Below, in pieces: positions 15,201 to 27,200 of a DNA stretch of 64,000 nucleotides. How positions within the stretch are numbered: the first letter of the stretch is position 1; the number at the start of each line of letters is the position of its first letter. The position numbers and the translations under genes were made by a program. The notes under the pieces were generated by a model. The model saw only the letters and a list, made by a program, of their open reading frames with translations, made no database searches and was not told the origin of the DNA. Source of the DNA: Malacoraja senta (lineage: Eukaryota); the NCBI GenBank assembly GCA_038087875.1, contig CM075987.1, positions 23,314,001 to 23,378,000 on the forward strand, given 5' to 3'.

Positions 15201-18200
15201 TTAGGCAATTACATCAGACAGGGATCAAACTAAGCTGGCATCTAATAGACAATGCTGGCATCAATTAATCCAGTCTATCAATTGTGAAACATGCCTGCAA
15301 TCCCACCGGATGTCATAAAATCCCAAGTTGAATCGTACAGTCCAATCCAGAATGAACCAACATTGCTTGCTCCCACACGGATTTGTGCAGTTGCAGCCAA
15401 CAGCAATCAGGCCCAACATCAAGCAGCTGTGGCTGGTGTTAAATGATGCTGCCTGGCCTCAGACAGTCTCAACTGGGACCAACCCCAAGCTGCCTATGTA
15501 TAAACAATGCAACCCACAATGAAACATTCCGATCGCCATTCCACCCTCCCTCGCCGATTTCTACAATCCCAGCCAACATCATTCAGGCACAGCATTCCCG
15601 CCTGGCGTTCCGGTCCAACATGAAGCGATCCCATCCGGCAGCAAGCCACTCCAACCCAGCATCCCCACCCAACCTCAAACGGACGCAGCAAGAATCAAAC
15701 AGGGTGCGGAAATGTAGAACCGCAGATGCTGGTTTATCCCAACGTTAGGCCCAAAGGGCTGGAGTAACAGCAGGTCAGTCAGCGTCTCTGGAGAAAAAGG
15801 ATGGGTCGGGACCCTTCTTCAGACTGAAAGTAGGGGGTTGGGGATGGGTGGGCGGTGGGGGGGATGGGGGGGGGGGGAGAGATGAAGAGCCAGCCACTAA
15901 TGACCTCAGGCAGGGTGTTGCCTATCGAATTATTCTAATAATGAGGCTCGTACAACGACGTAATCGGAGTCTGTCTTTATTTAGCAACTCACTACAGCAG
16001 CTGCCTCGTGCTGCATCCCCGGGCCCTGCTGCTAGGCCTCTCTCCGGTTACGCCCACAGCCCCACCTTCAGGCCGGATGCCGTCACTGCAGCCTGACCAC
16101 TGGCAGCAGAATAAAGGCATTCCTTACTCTATTATTCCATAATACCACATCTCCCTTTCTTTGAGAACAAAGGGTGGACTACCTTTGTCTCTGCAGGTCT
16201 TAAGGGGTTTATTCTGCCCTTTTGCTGAAAGACCTGTCCCTGATCAAACAAATCAATAAATCACCAATCAAGTCTCTGCGGCTTTCTAACCTCTCTCCCA
16301 CACCTGGTCCGCACAGGCTCTGTGGTGGGGCCCTCTCTGCTGGGTGATGTTGTCACTGGTGGAGCTGGCTCTGGTGTAGGTGAATCTTCTCCCACCGGTG
16401 GCTCATCAGCATCGACTACCCCACTGTTGGTCTGCAGCGGCACCAAGTGATGCCGGTTCCTCCTCAGTGTGCCCTGAGGCACCTGGACGATATAAGAGCG
16501 AGGGGTGTTGTGTGTAGATAGCACTGTGCCCTGGACTCGTGCATCGGTGATCCACACATCCTCCCCAGGTACGAGTGGCTCCAGGTTTCTCGCTCCGTGC
16601 CTCTTGTCGAAGGATCTTGCGTCGTTCCTCCTCTTCTCCCTTTCTTTGGCCCCCAGCGCGTTGTAGTCAGGCAAAACTGGATTCAGCAGGGTTGGAAGGG
16701 CAGGAACTGTAGTGCGGAGGCGGCGCCCCATCAACAGCTCGGCCGGGCTATAGCCGTTCTGTAGAGGGGTTGCTCTGTAGGCCAGCAATGCAAGATATGG
16801 GTCTGATGCCTTTGTTAGCAGGTTTTTCACGGTTTGTACAGCGCGTTCCGCCTCCCCATTGCTCTGAGGAAACTTGGGGCTGCTCGTGATGTGCACAAAG
16901 CCATACTCTGCTGCAAAGGCTTTAAAGTGGCTACCTGAGAACTGGGGCCCATTGTCACTTTTAAGAAATTCCCCAATTCCATGACGACAAAACATGGATT
17001 TCAGGTGCACCACCACATCTGTGGACCTTGTGTGTGTCAGCAGCGCAACTTCCACATACCTTGAGAAATAATCTACTACTAGTAGATAAGTCTTGTTTTT
17101 CAGCGTGAACAGGTCAGCTCCCAAGGTTTGCCAAGGCCTGTCTGGCATCTCCGTTGGCATCAGCGGCTCTTTGACGTTCCTTCTCTCTTGGATGCAGGTT
17201 CTACATTTCAGCACCATGTCATTCAGCTGGCTGCTGAGTCCTGGCCACCATACCGTCTGTTTGGCCCGGCCCCTGCACTTTGTCACCCCCAGGTGTCCCT
17301 CATGTAGTCTCTGCAGCACATCACCTTGTAAGGCTGTTGGGATGACGAGTCTCGTGCCCCGCAGCAGCAGCCCATCGTGCACAGTCAGCACTGCTCTATC
17401 AGCCCAGTAATGTCTCAGCACTCCCTGCAGTTGGCTTTTGTCGGGCCACCCGTCTGTGCAGTACTCCATCAGTGCAGAGCATGTGCTGTCTGCCTTCAGG
17501 TGCTCACGTAGGCTGCTCAGATAATCTCCACTGACAGGAATGTTGCTGATGACAGAGTCTACATAGATGTTGGTGTCCTCTAATAGGCTTATGTCTGTGT
17601 GTGCTCTTGCGGCTCTCAGAGGAGCACGAGATAAGGTGTCGGCTGTCCACAGGCTTTTGCCAGGGACATGATTGACTGTATAGTTGTACCTCATGAGTCT
17701 CATCCTAAATCTTTGGATTCTTGGTGGGAGGTCATCCAAAGCTTTCCTTCCCAGCAGACTCACCAACGGCTTATGGTCAGTTTCCAGCTCGAATGGTCTT
17801 CCCAGGATGAAACAGCTGAACCTTTCACATGCCCACGTTGCAGCCAATGCCTCCTTCTCTACTTGAGCATAGCGCTGCTCTGTTGGCGTCATTGACCTGG
17901 ACGCATATGCCACAGGTGACCACATGGCATCGCTCTTCTGCTTCCATAATACCACATTGCCTATTAAGCCTATTGTTGGCTGGGGAAGGTGTGATCTCAA
18001 GAGGGAAACAATGCAGAGAACTGTGGGACTGGTGAAACGACTAGGGTGGTGGAAGGGGGCAAGGGGGGAGGGGAGTACGAGATGAAGTAACTTAGAATGA
18101 GAGAATTCACTGTTCACATACTGTAGCTGGGGTGTAAGCTACCCAAGTGAGAAATGAGGTGCTGCTCAAATAATCGAGCACTGCTTCAAACAAACAATCA

Positions 18201-21200
18201 AACAAGCTGGATGCAGGAAGATTGTTCCCGATGTTGGGGAAGTCCAGAACAAGGGGTCACAGTTTAAGGATAAGGGGGAAGTCTTTTAGGACCGAGATGA
18301 GAAAAACATTTTTCACACAGAGAGTGGTGAATCTGTGGAATTCTCTGCCACAGAAGGTAGTTGAGGCCAGTTCATTGGCTATATTTAAGAGGGAGTTAGA
18401 TGTGGCCCTTGTGGCTAAAGGGATCAGGGGGTATGGAGAGAAGGCAGGTACAGGATACTGAGTTGGATGATCAGCCATGATCATATTGAATGGCGGTGCA
18501 GGCTCGAAGGCTGAATGGCCTACTCCTGCACCTATTATCTATGTTTCTATGTAACCCAAGCAGCCTTCTAAATGGGGAGCGATCCCAGCCATCCAGTCAC
18601 ACAACAGGTTGGCACTTCCACACAGGGCACGAGCCTTCACTCAAAGTGCCAACACCAATCAGCCCCTCTTGCTCTGACATTGCCCCCTCACATATAGACA
18701 CTTAACCAACTCACAAGGGGTACCCAACCAGGTAGCTGAGGCACATACTATCACATTGGTTAAAATACATTTGGACAGGAACATGGATAGGAGAGGTTAT
18801 AAGGTCATAAGTGATAGGAGTAGAATTAGGCTATTCGGCCCATCAAGTCTACTCCGCCATTCAATCATGGCTGATCCATCTCTCCATCCTAACCCCATTC
18901 TCCTGCCTTCTCCCCGTAACCTCTGACACCCGTACTAATCAAAAATTCTATCTATCTCTTAAAAATATCCACTGACTTGGCAAAGAATTCCACAGATTCA
19001 CCACCCTCTGACTAAAGAAATGTCTCCTCATCTCCTTCCTAAAAGAACGCCCTTTAATTGTAAGGCTATGACCTCTAGTCCTAGACTCTACCACTAGTGG
19101 AAACATCCTCCCCACATCCGCTTTTACTATTGTGTACGTTTCAATGAGGTTCCGCCTCATTCTTCTAAACTCCAGCGAGTACAGGCCCAGTGTTGACAAA
19201 TGCTCATCATGGGTTAACCTACTCAGTCCTGAGTTCAGAAGGGTATGGGCCAAATGCAGGCAGTTGGGGCTCTTGTAGATGGGCCATGTTGGTCAGTATG
19301 GGCAATTTGGACAGAAGGGCTTCTTTCCACACTGTATGACTCTGACTGAGAGAATGGGGTAAGTGGGAGGAGAGGAGAGTATTCAAGAGAGCGTGTGTGT
19401 CAGAGTGAGAATGAAGTAGCGGTGACACGAGCGTCACCTAAGATGGCGCCGGAGCCAGGCGACTCTTTGCGTGTTGGTCCCAGAAGTGGATCTGCCATCT
19501 TCATTTCAACAGCAGCACCTCTTACACTAGAGGGGCTGTCCCACTCTACGAGGTAATTCAAGAGCTCTCCCGAGTATTAAAAAAAAATCCACCTCGTGGT
19601 AAGTACGTAGAATGTACGTAGCGGGTACGTCAGCGCTCGGGACGTCTCTTAGCGGCTCGTAACGCTAACGGCAGGTACTCGGGAAAAGCGGTAAGCTTGT
19701 GAAGTTTTTTCAACATGTTGAAAAATGTCCACGAGATCCCCGAGTACCTACGAGCGGCTATTACCGTAATTTTTCGAGTTCGAATCAGGGGAAACTCGGG
19801 AGAACTCTTGAATTAGCTCGTACAGTGGGACAGGCCCTTAACTATGCTCTTCTTAATCTCCTTTAAGATCTGTTGATTCTATCTGTAATCAGACTCTATT
19901 GCACCTTATCTTACACTAAATGTTATTCCCCTCTATCCTGTATCCGCACACTGTGGACAGCTTGATTGGAATCATTTAGAGTCTTTTTGCTGACTGGACC
20001 TTTATCGACTTTCTGCTAACTGGCTAGCATGGAACAAAAGGCTTTTCACTGTACCTCAGTACACGTGACAATAATACGCTAAACAACACGAAACGGAGGA
20101 GCTGAAATGATAACAAGTGCAAAACTGGGAGTTGCTGGGACAAGCCAAGGAAGAAAACGACAGCCTGGAAAGATGCAAATACAGGATGATTACCGAAAAG
20201 GAATGCTGGAAATATTTAATAGACAATAGGTGCAGGAGTAGGCCATTCGGCCCTTCGAGCCAGCACCGCCATTCAATGTGATCATGGCTGATCATCCCCA
20301 AACAGTACCCCGTTCCTGCCTTCTCCCCATATCCCCTGACTCCGCTATTTTTAAGAGCCCTATCTAGCTCTCTCTTGAAAGCATCCAGAGAACCGGCCTC
20401 CACCGCCCTCTGAGGCAGAGAATTCCACACTCACAACTCTCTTGTGAGAAAAAGTGTTTCCTCGTCTCCGTTCTAAATGGCTTACTCCTTATTCTTCAAC
20501 TGTGGCCCCTGGTTCTGGATTCAATGATAAATTTAAACCCTGTCGATTTTCTGAAATGATTGAATGTGGTGTGGAGTTCCGAGGGCTGGTATATAATGTT
20601 GAGTCAGAAGATGAGGTGCAGTCCCGCAGACTGACGTTGAAGCTTGGTGGAACAGCGAAGGAGGAGGCAGATAGCAGAAAGGTCAGAGAGGGACCGAGAA
20701 CACTGGCATCTGGCATCCACAAGCTCAGCTGCTCTCTCACGGAATGAAAGGTGTCCTTATACAGCAGTGAGCCAATCTACACCTCATCTCCCCAGTGTAG
20801 ACGAGCTCAGCTCACAGGCTGGAGATAAAAGGTAGACAAAAATGCTGGAGAAACTCAGCAGGTGAGGCAGCATCTATGGAGCTAAGGAATAGGTGACGTT
20901 TCGGGTCGAGACTCTTCTTCAGTCTGAAGAAGGGTCTTGACCCGAAACGTCACCCATTGCTTCTCTCCAGAGATGCTGCCGGTCCCGCTGGGTTACTCCA
21001 GCATTTTGTGTCTATCTCCAATCTTCTTGGCCCCGCTCTGGGAGTAGGAGTGGGGGCGGATCCGGATCCGCAACGACCGTGAGCCCCAGGCTGAGTTCAG
21101 CGATCGTTTGCCTGCTTCTGCTGCCGTTGGTGGTGAGACGTTGCGCTGCGCCAGGGTCTTGGGCCTGTCCCACTTTGGACGTCAGTTACGCGACAGGCCG

Positions 21201-24200
21201 GTGGCGCGCGAAGATTTCTTGCAGGACGAAGTCCACACTCCTCCACGCCACTCCATGCGCCCGTCCCCGCACTACCCACGCGCTAGCAGGTCGCGTAAAT
21301 GGCTCGCGAAAGACAGCCAAGTGGGACAGGCCCTTAAGTTTACTTCATCATTTATGACCTTATGCTTCATCCCCAACAATGGCCCATTCTGATGAAATGC
21401 CAATATCGTTTCTCCACGGATGCTGCTCGTATTTTCATTATTACGTCTGAAGGTTTGAGAAGCTGCAGAGTGTCGAGTCCGGATACAACATGGTGGCCGT
21501 TTCACAATCGACCTCTTTGCTTCCCAGTGGCATGGGATTGAAACGCCAATATTGTTTCTGCACGGATGCTGCTGGTATTTTCACTCTTACTTCTGAGGGT
21601 TTGAGAAGCTGTACAGTGTAGAGTCCACACTCAACATCTTGTCTATCCCCGAATCAACCCCTTTGCATTCCAGTTGCAAGTTGACTGACTTCCAGTCTTA
21701 TCTTTGAGGTTTCTGTGGATCCAGCCCAGTATTAATATGTTTGGTCATATTGTACTTGATCCAAATTTGGGATTCCAATTCCATGCCATGTAATCCTGAC
21801 TCCATTCCAGGCTTTGCGAAATTCCCATTCCAGGTTCTGTATCCATTTCGCATTCCAGGCTTTGAATAGAGTTCCCATGCCAGAGTTTGTGGGTGCCAAT
21901 CCCAGGCATTGTATTATAAAAACTCTCCAGCTTTTTATTCTGTAAATCCATTCCCAGCCCTTGTGATATCCCTGATCAATTGGATTCCAGTCCAACGTGG
22001 TTCTGATCTTCAGTAACGGCCCTGTTTTGCCGTTGATTTCTGGACCCAGTCCACAAACAAAGGCCATCCTCATCCTGCTCCAATTCTGCAACTTGAGTCC
22101 AGCTGTCGATGTTGACCACCAGCGGTCATCACCATCTCCCCGCTCACCGGATCCACACGCAGCCTGCAGATGCCGAAACCCCGCATCGCATTCGGACCAC
22201 CAGCCAACAGTCCAGTGTACACGCCAGCACTCCCCAAACCAGGCAGTAACTCCCCAATTAACACACAGCCTGAGTGTAACACTGATATATCCCACGACAA
22301 TCACTGTAGCACTGACACACCCACACCCCAACATTGATACGCCCCACACCCCAATATTGACACCCCCCTCACCCCAACACTGATACGCCCCACACCCCAA
22401 TATTGACACCCCCCACACCCCAACACTGACACACCCCGCACCCCAACATTGATACGCCCCACACCCCAACATTGATACGCCCCAAACCCCAACACTGACA
22501 CACCCCTCACCCCAACACTGACAAACCCCACACCCCAATATTGACACCCCCCACACCCCAACACTAACACACCCCACACCCCAACATTGATACGCCCCAC
22601 ACCCCAATATTGACACCCCCCTCACCCCAACACTGACACACCCCACACCCCAACACTGACACACCCCACACCCCAACACTGACACACCCCACACCCCAAC
22701 ATTGATACACCCCACACCCCAACACTGATACACCCCACACCCCAACACTGACACACCCCACACCCCACACCGACACACCCCACACCCCAACACTGACACA
22801 CCCCACACCCCAACACTGACACACCCTCCTCACCCCAACACTGATACACCCCTCACCCCAACACTGATACACCCCACACCCCAACATTGATACACCCCAC
22901 ACCCCAACACTGATACACCCCACACCCCAACACTGACACACCCCACACCCCACACCGACACACCCCACACCCCAACACTGATACACCCCACACCTCAATA
23001 TTGACACGCTCCTCACCCCAACATTGATACACCCCACACCCCAACACTGATACACCCCCCCCCACCCCTCAGTGTAACACAGACGTGCCCATGCTGTACA
23101 ATGCCACCCTCTCGTGCTGCTATACTCACTGGTTCACCGGGTAACCCTCGTGGCCCGACCTCTCCATCATCTCCCTGTGAATGGAATGAGAGAGAGTGAG
23201 TGGAAAGTCAGTGGGTGCTTTCTCTCAGCCGGCTGCTGGGAACAACCCCGACGGTGGAGTCTACAGTAACGGCCCAGACTTGCACGGTGGTGGAGTCTGC
23301 AGTAACAGCCCAGACTTGCACGGTGGTGGAGTCTGCAGTAACAGCCCAGACTTGCACGGCGGTGGAGTCTGCAGTAGCAACACACTGGAGTCGGCACTAA
23401 CAGTACATGCCAGCATTACTCACCCGGTCTCCGATCTCTCCCGACGGACCCGGCTGTCCTTGAGAGCCTGCATCGCCCTGGGAAGAGACAAGGTTCAGAT
23501 CCCTGTGAGTATGTGGTCACAGCTGATGGGCAAGTGGTAGTAAATAGTCATCAGTCTGACAACCCTCCTCATGCAGTGTCCTGTACTGCAACACTGTGTA
23601 TCACACTCTCTCGTGGTTTCTCCCTGTCATGAGGCAGCTTACATTCTTCACACCTCACAGGTTCCGACCCAAAACGTCACCCAGCCTTTTTCTCCAGAGA
23701 TGCTGCCTGACCCGCTGAGTTACTCCAGCACTTTGTGTCCACCTTCCGTATAAACCAGGATCTGCAGTTCCTTTTCACACCCTACATTTTACTTAGCTCT
23801 AAAGTTTAAAGGAGACCAGATCAATTTCTCAAGACATGGACACCCTTCAACAAATTCTTACAAGAATAGCCTGGTGCAACACACATTTAAATTTAAATCC
23901 GATGCCAGGTTGGGTGAGATGGGGGGGGGGGACGAGGGGCAAGGTATATCTCCACCTCTCTTTTTTCTTATTTCTATATCTTTCGGCCACACTGGTAGTT
24001 TAGGGGTCTTTCCTCTGTTCTTTTTCGATCTATCTTTTCACTTTCCCCTTTTTCCTTTTCTTGTTCCCTTTTTCTTTTCTTTTTTTCATTTTCAGGTTAT
24101 AAGGTTAAAAATGAAGCTGTACAATAATTGTATAACTTCTAGACGCCGAATGTTTCATCTTTGTACAATTGCTTCTAATAAAAATAAAAAAATAAAAATA

Positions 24201-27200
24201 AAATACAATAAAGTTTAAAGGAGCACTTGTTCTTTACACAGAGGCTGGCGGGTGCCTAGAACGTGTTGCTGGGGGGTGGTGGTGGAGGCAGATACGACAG
24301 GGGCGTTTAAATGTTGTTTAGACAGGCACATGGATATGCAGGGACTGGAGGGGTGTGGACCATGCACAGGCAGAGATTAGTTTCTCTTGGCATCATGTTT
24401 AGCACAGACATTGTGGGCCGAAGGGCCTGTTCCTGTGCTGAACTTCTCTGGGAATCCCTGGGATTCTTCCACTGGCTCCTGGTCCAGCCAGTTTACTGTC
24501 ATGTGTACCGAGGTACAGTGAAAAGCCTTCACTGATGTGGAAAGCAGCCAGTGAAAAGCAGTGAGACTGACTTTTAAACTAAAACACAAAGTGCTGGAGG
24601 AACTTGGCGAGTCAGGCAGCGTCTGCGGAGGGAAATGGACGTGCTTCGCCACACCTGAAATGTAGCCCGAATATTCCCTCGCTGATGCTGCCTGCCTGCC
24701 TGCCCCCCCCCCCTGAGTTCCTCCTGCACTTTGTGATTTTGCTCAAGACTGCAGTGTCCGCAGCCTCGTGTCTCTAGGTTTTAAACCTCTCGTCATCCTT
24801 TTTCCAGCATNNNNNNNNNNNNNNNNNNNNNNNNNNNNNNNNNNNNNNNNNNNNNNNNNNNNNNNNNNNNNNNNNNNNNNNNNNNNNNNNNNNNNNNNNN
24901 NNNNNNNNNNNNNNNNNNNNNNNNNNNNNNNNNNNNNNNNNNNNNNNNNNNNNNNNNNNNNNNNNNNNNNNNNNNNNNNNNNNNNNNNNNNNNNNNNNNN
25001 NNNNNNNNNNCTCCAGTTTTTTGTGTCTATTTGCAATGTAATCCCTTCAATCGTGCCCACGACCACAAATGCCAGCCATGAATTAACCCTGCACATCCAC
25101 TACTTAACCCTTTCTCTGCCAGCACGCGGTAACTGCTGGGTGAACAATGGCGAGGAAATCTCCGTGGCTGTACTGATGAAAGATGGGTCAGAGGAGGCGT
25201 AATGTGAAGGGGAGCGGTCACCAGCTAGCAGCTGACCAGAGCAACAGCAGCTTGGTAGAATGGTGCAGGTGCCCAGGGTGGAAGAAGGGTCTCGACCCGA
25301 ATCGTCACCTATTCCTTTCCTCCAGGGATGCTGCCTGACCCGCTGAGTTACTCCAACTTTTTGTGTCTGCACCTGACTGGTGGGAATGGGCCCCTCTATG
25401 AAGCCACAATAGAAGGAAGCATCTAATGCCCTCTCAGCAGCAAGCAGGCACTAGCAATAGGAGATAGACACAAAAAGCTGGAGTAACTCAGCGGGTCAGG
25501 CAGCATCTCTGGAGAGAAGGAACAGGTGACGTTTCGGGCCGAGGACCTTCTTCAGACTGAAAGTCAGGGGAGAGAGAAACAAGAGCTATAAAAGATACAT
25601 AGAACAAATAAATGAAAGATATGCAACAAAAAAAAACAATCTTCAAGGAAAGGTAGAGCCCACAATGGTCCATTATTGGCTGTGGGGTAGGTGATAATGA
25701 GTTGTACAATAGTTCTCCCTCAGCGCCACTTTTTTTTCTGTAGATGAGATTCAAGACTTCGAACAAACTAATTGATTTAATATTGGGTCCCAGCTATAGC
25801 AAATTGCAATCAAAAACATCTGAAGGAACAACTCGCCCCCCCCCAAAATACATCCAGCGACCTGCTGTACAATAATTCACTCCCTCCCACCCCCCCCCCA
25901 CCCCCACGTGTTCTTCATCCCTGGGACATCACGGGCCAAGCACGTCCCAGTCAGAAAGAAGTCATTTCAGCTGGGGAGCGGTTCGAATCCAGGGAGGCCA
26001 CAGTAACACACTGCCCGGTGATGCCGAATTAACAGCAGCAGAGCCCAAGTGGTCAGGCTGTGCTCAAAATTCCCCACAATATCCCAACCTTACAGATGAC
26101 ACTTCCAGATTGCGTGTGTAATCCAGGCGCTTTGAAAGAAGGCAACTTCACCCCACCCCCCCCTCTCTCTATCCTTCATAGATACATATAGATACATAGA
26201 AAATAGGTGCAGAAGTAGGCCATTCGGCCCTTTGAGCCTGCACCGCCATTCAATATGATCATGGCTGATCATCCAACTCAGTATCCTGTACCTGCCTTCT
26301 CTCCATACCCCCTGATCCCTTTAGCCACAAGGGCCACATCTAACTCCCTCTTAAATATAGCCAATGAACTGGCCTCAACTACCCTCCAGAGTTCCAGAGA
26401 TTCACCACTCTCTGTGTGAAACCCCCCCCCCCCCCCTTCCCTCACTTGCTGAACTTTTTATATATTAAACAGTTTATTTAATAAAAAATAAAACACAGTG
26501 AATCCCACCCATCATGTGAGGGAGCCTGCGTTTTGGAAGCCGCGCTTTAATTCATTGGAAAGGTGAACGACTGAGGGACTGACGCTAGGAGGAGCGGAGT
26601 CCCCCATGTTAAAAAAAAAACCTACTTAAAACACACAGAAAAGTTGGGGGTCGTTTCAATCTTTGTATCTCCACGCAAGCGAGTTCCACAACTATACAGC
26701 CCCAACAAAGTCGAAAGTTTTGCAGTCTCTTTTTTTTGTTTTAAAGAAGAGAGTGGAGAGGGTTTGCTTGTCAGGGGAGGAGGGAAGTCAGTGGGAATCC
26801 GACACTCCTGCGCTTCTTTGTAAGGAATGCTCTCCCATTAAACAAAGTCATGTTTTCTCGTCTCTGGAACTGGACGGAGACAGAGGAGGGGAGAGAGGAG
26901 GGGGAGAGAGGAGGGGGGAGAGAGGAGGAGGGAGGGGGGGGGGAGAGATAAAGAGGAAAATTCTTGCAGCAGCACAAAGTTGCATACACCAGACATGACC
27001 TCCAAAAACAAGGCAAAAAAGTTTTGCTTTAAATGCAAAGTTTGCACTCGAGCTCCACGCACCCCTCTCCCCCCTCTCTCTCCTCACTCCTCTCCTCCCC
27101 AAATCCAGTCTGAGAGAGAAAGTTGTGCACAGATCACACTTACCTGCGCTGACACTGGTTGTTAAGGCGAGGATTGCGATTTGCAGCGTTAGAACCGAGT

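Noticed and set aside
17957..18117. N-terminal extension of the 618-aa ORF as a domesticated integrase gene
   Set aside because: The listed start is GTG inside the flanking Penelope remnant, outside the TSD, so it is chance read-through.
21732..23065. 358-aa and overlapping Cys/Gly/Val-rich ORFs
   Set aside because: Mostly translation of the 23-bp minisatellite, with no domain or splice support.
23250..23378. 36-bp repeats with an internal palindrome, resembling a CRISPR repeat
   Set aside because: The units are contiguous with no spacers, there are no cas genes, and the site is a vertebrate intron. It is an ordinary minisatellite.
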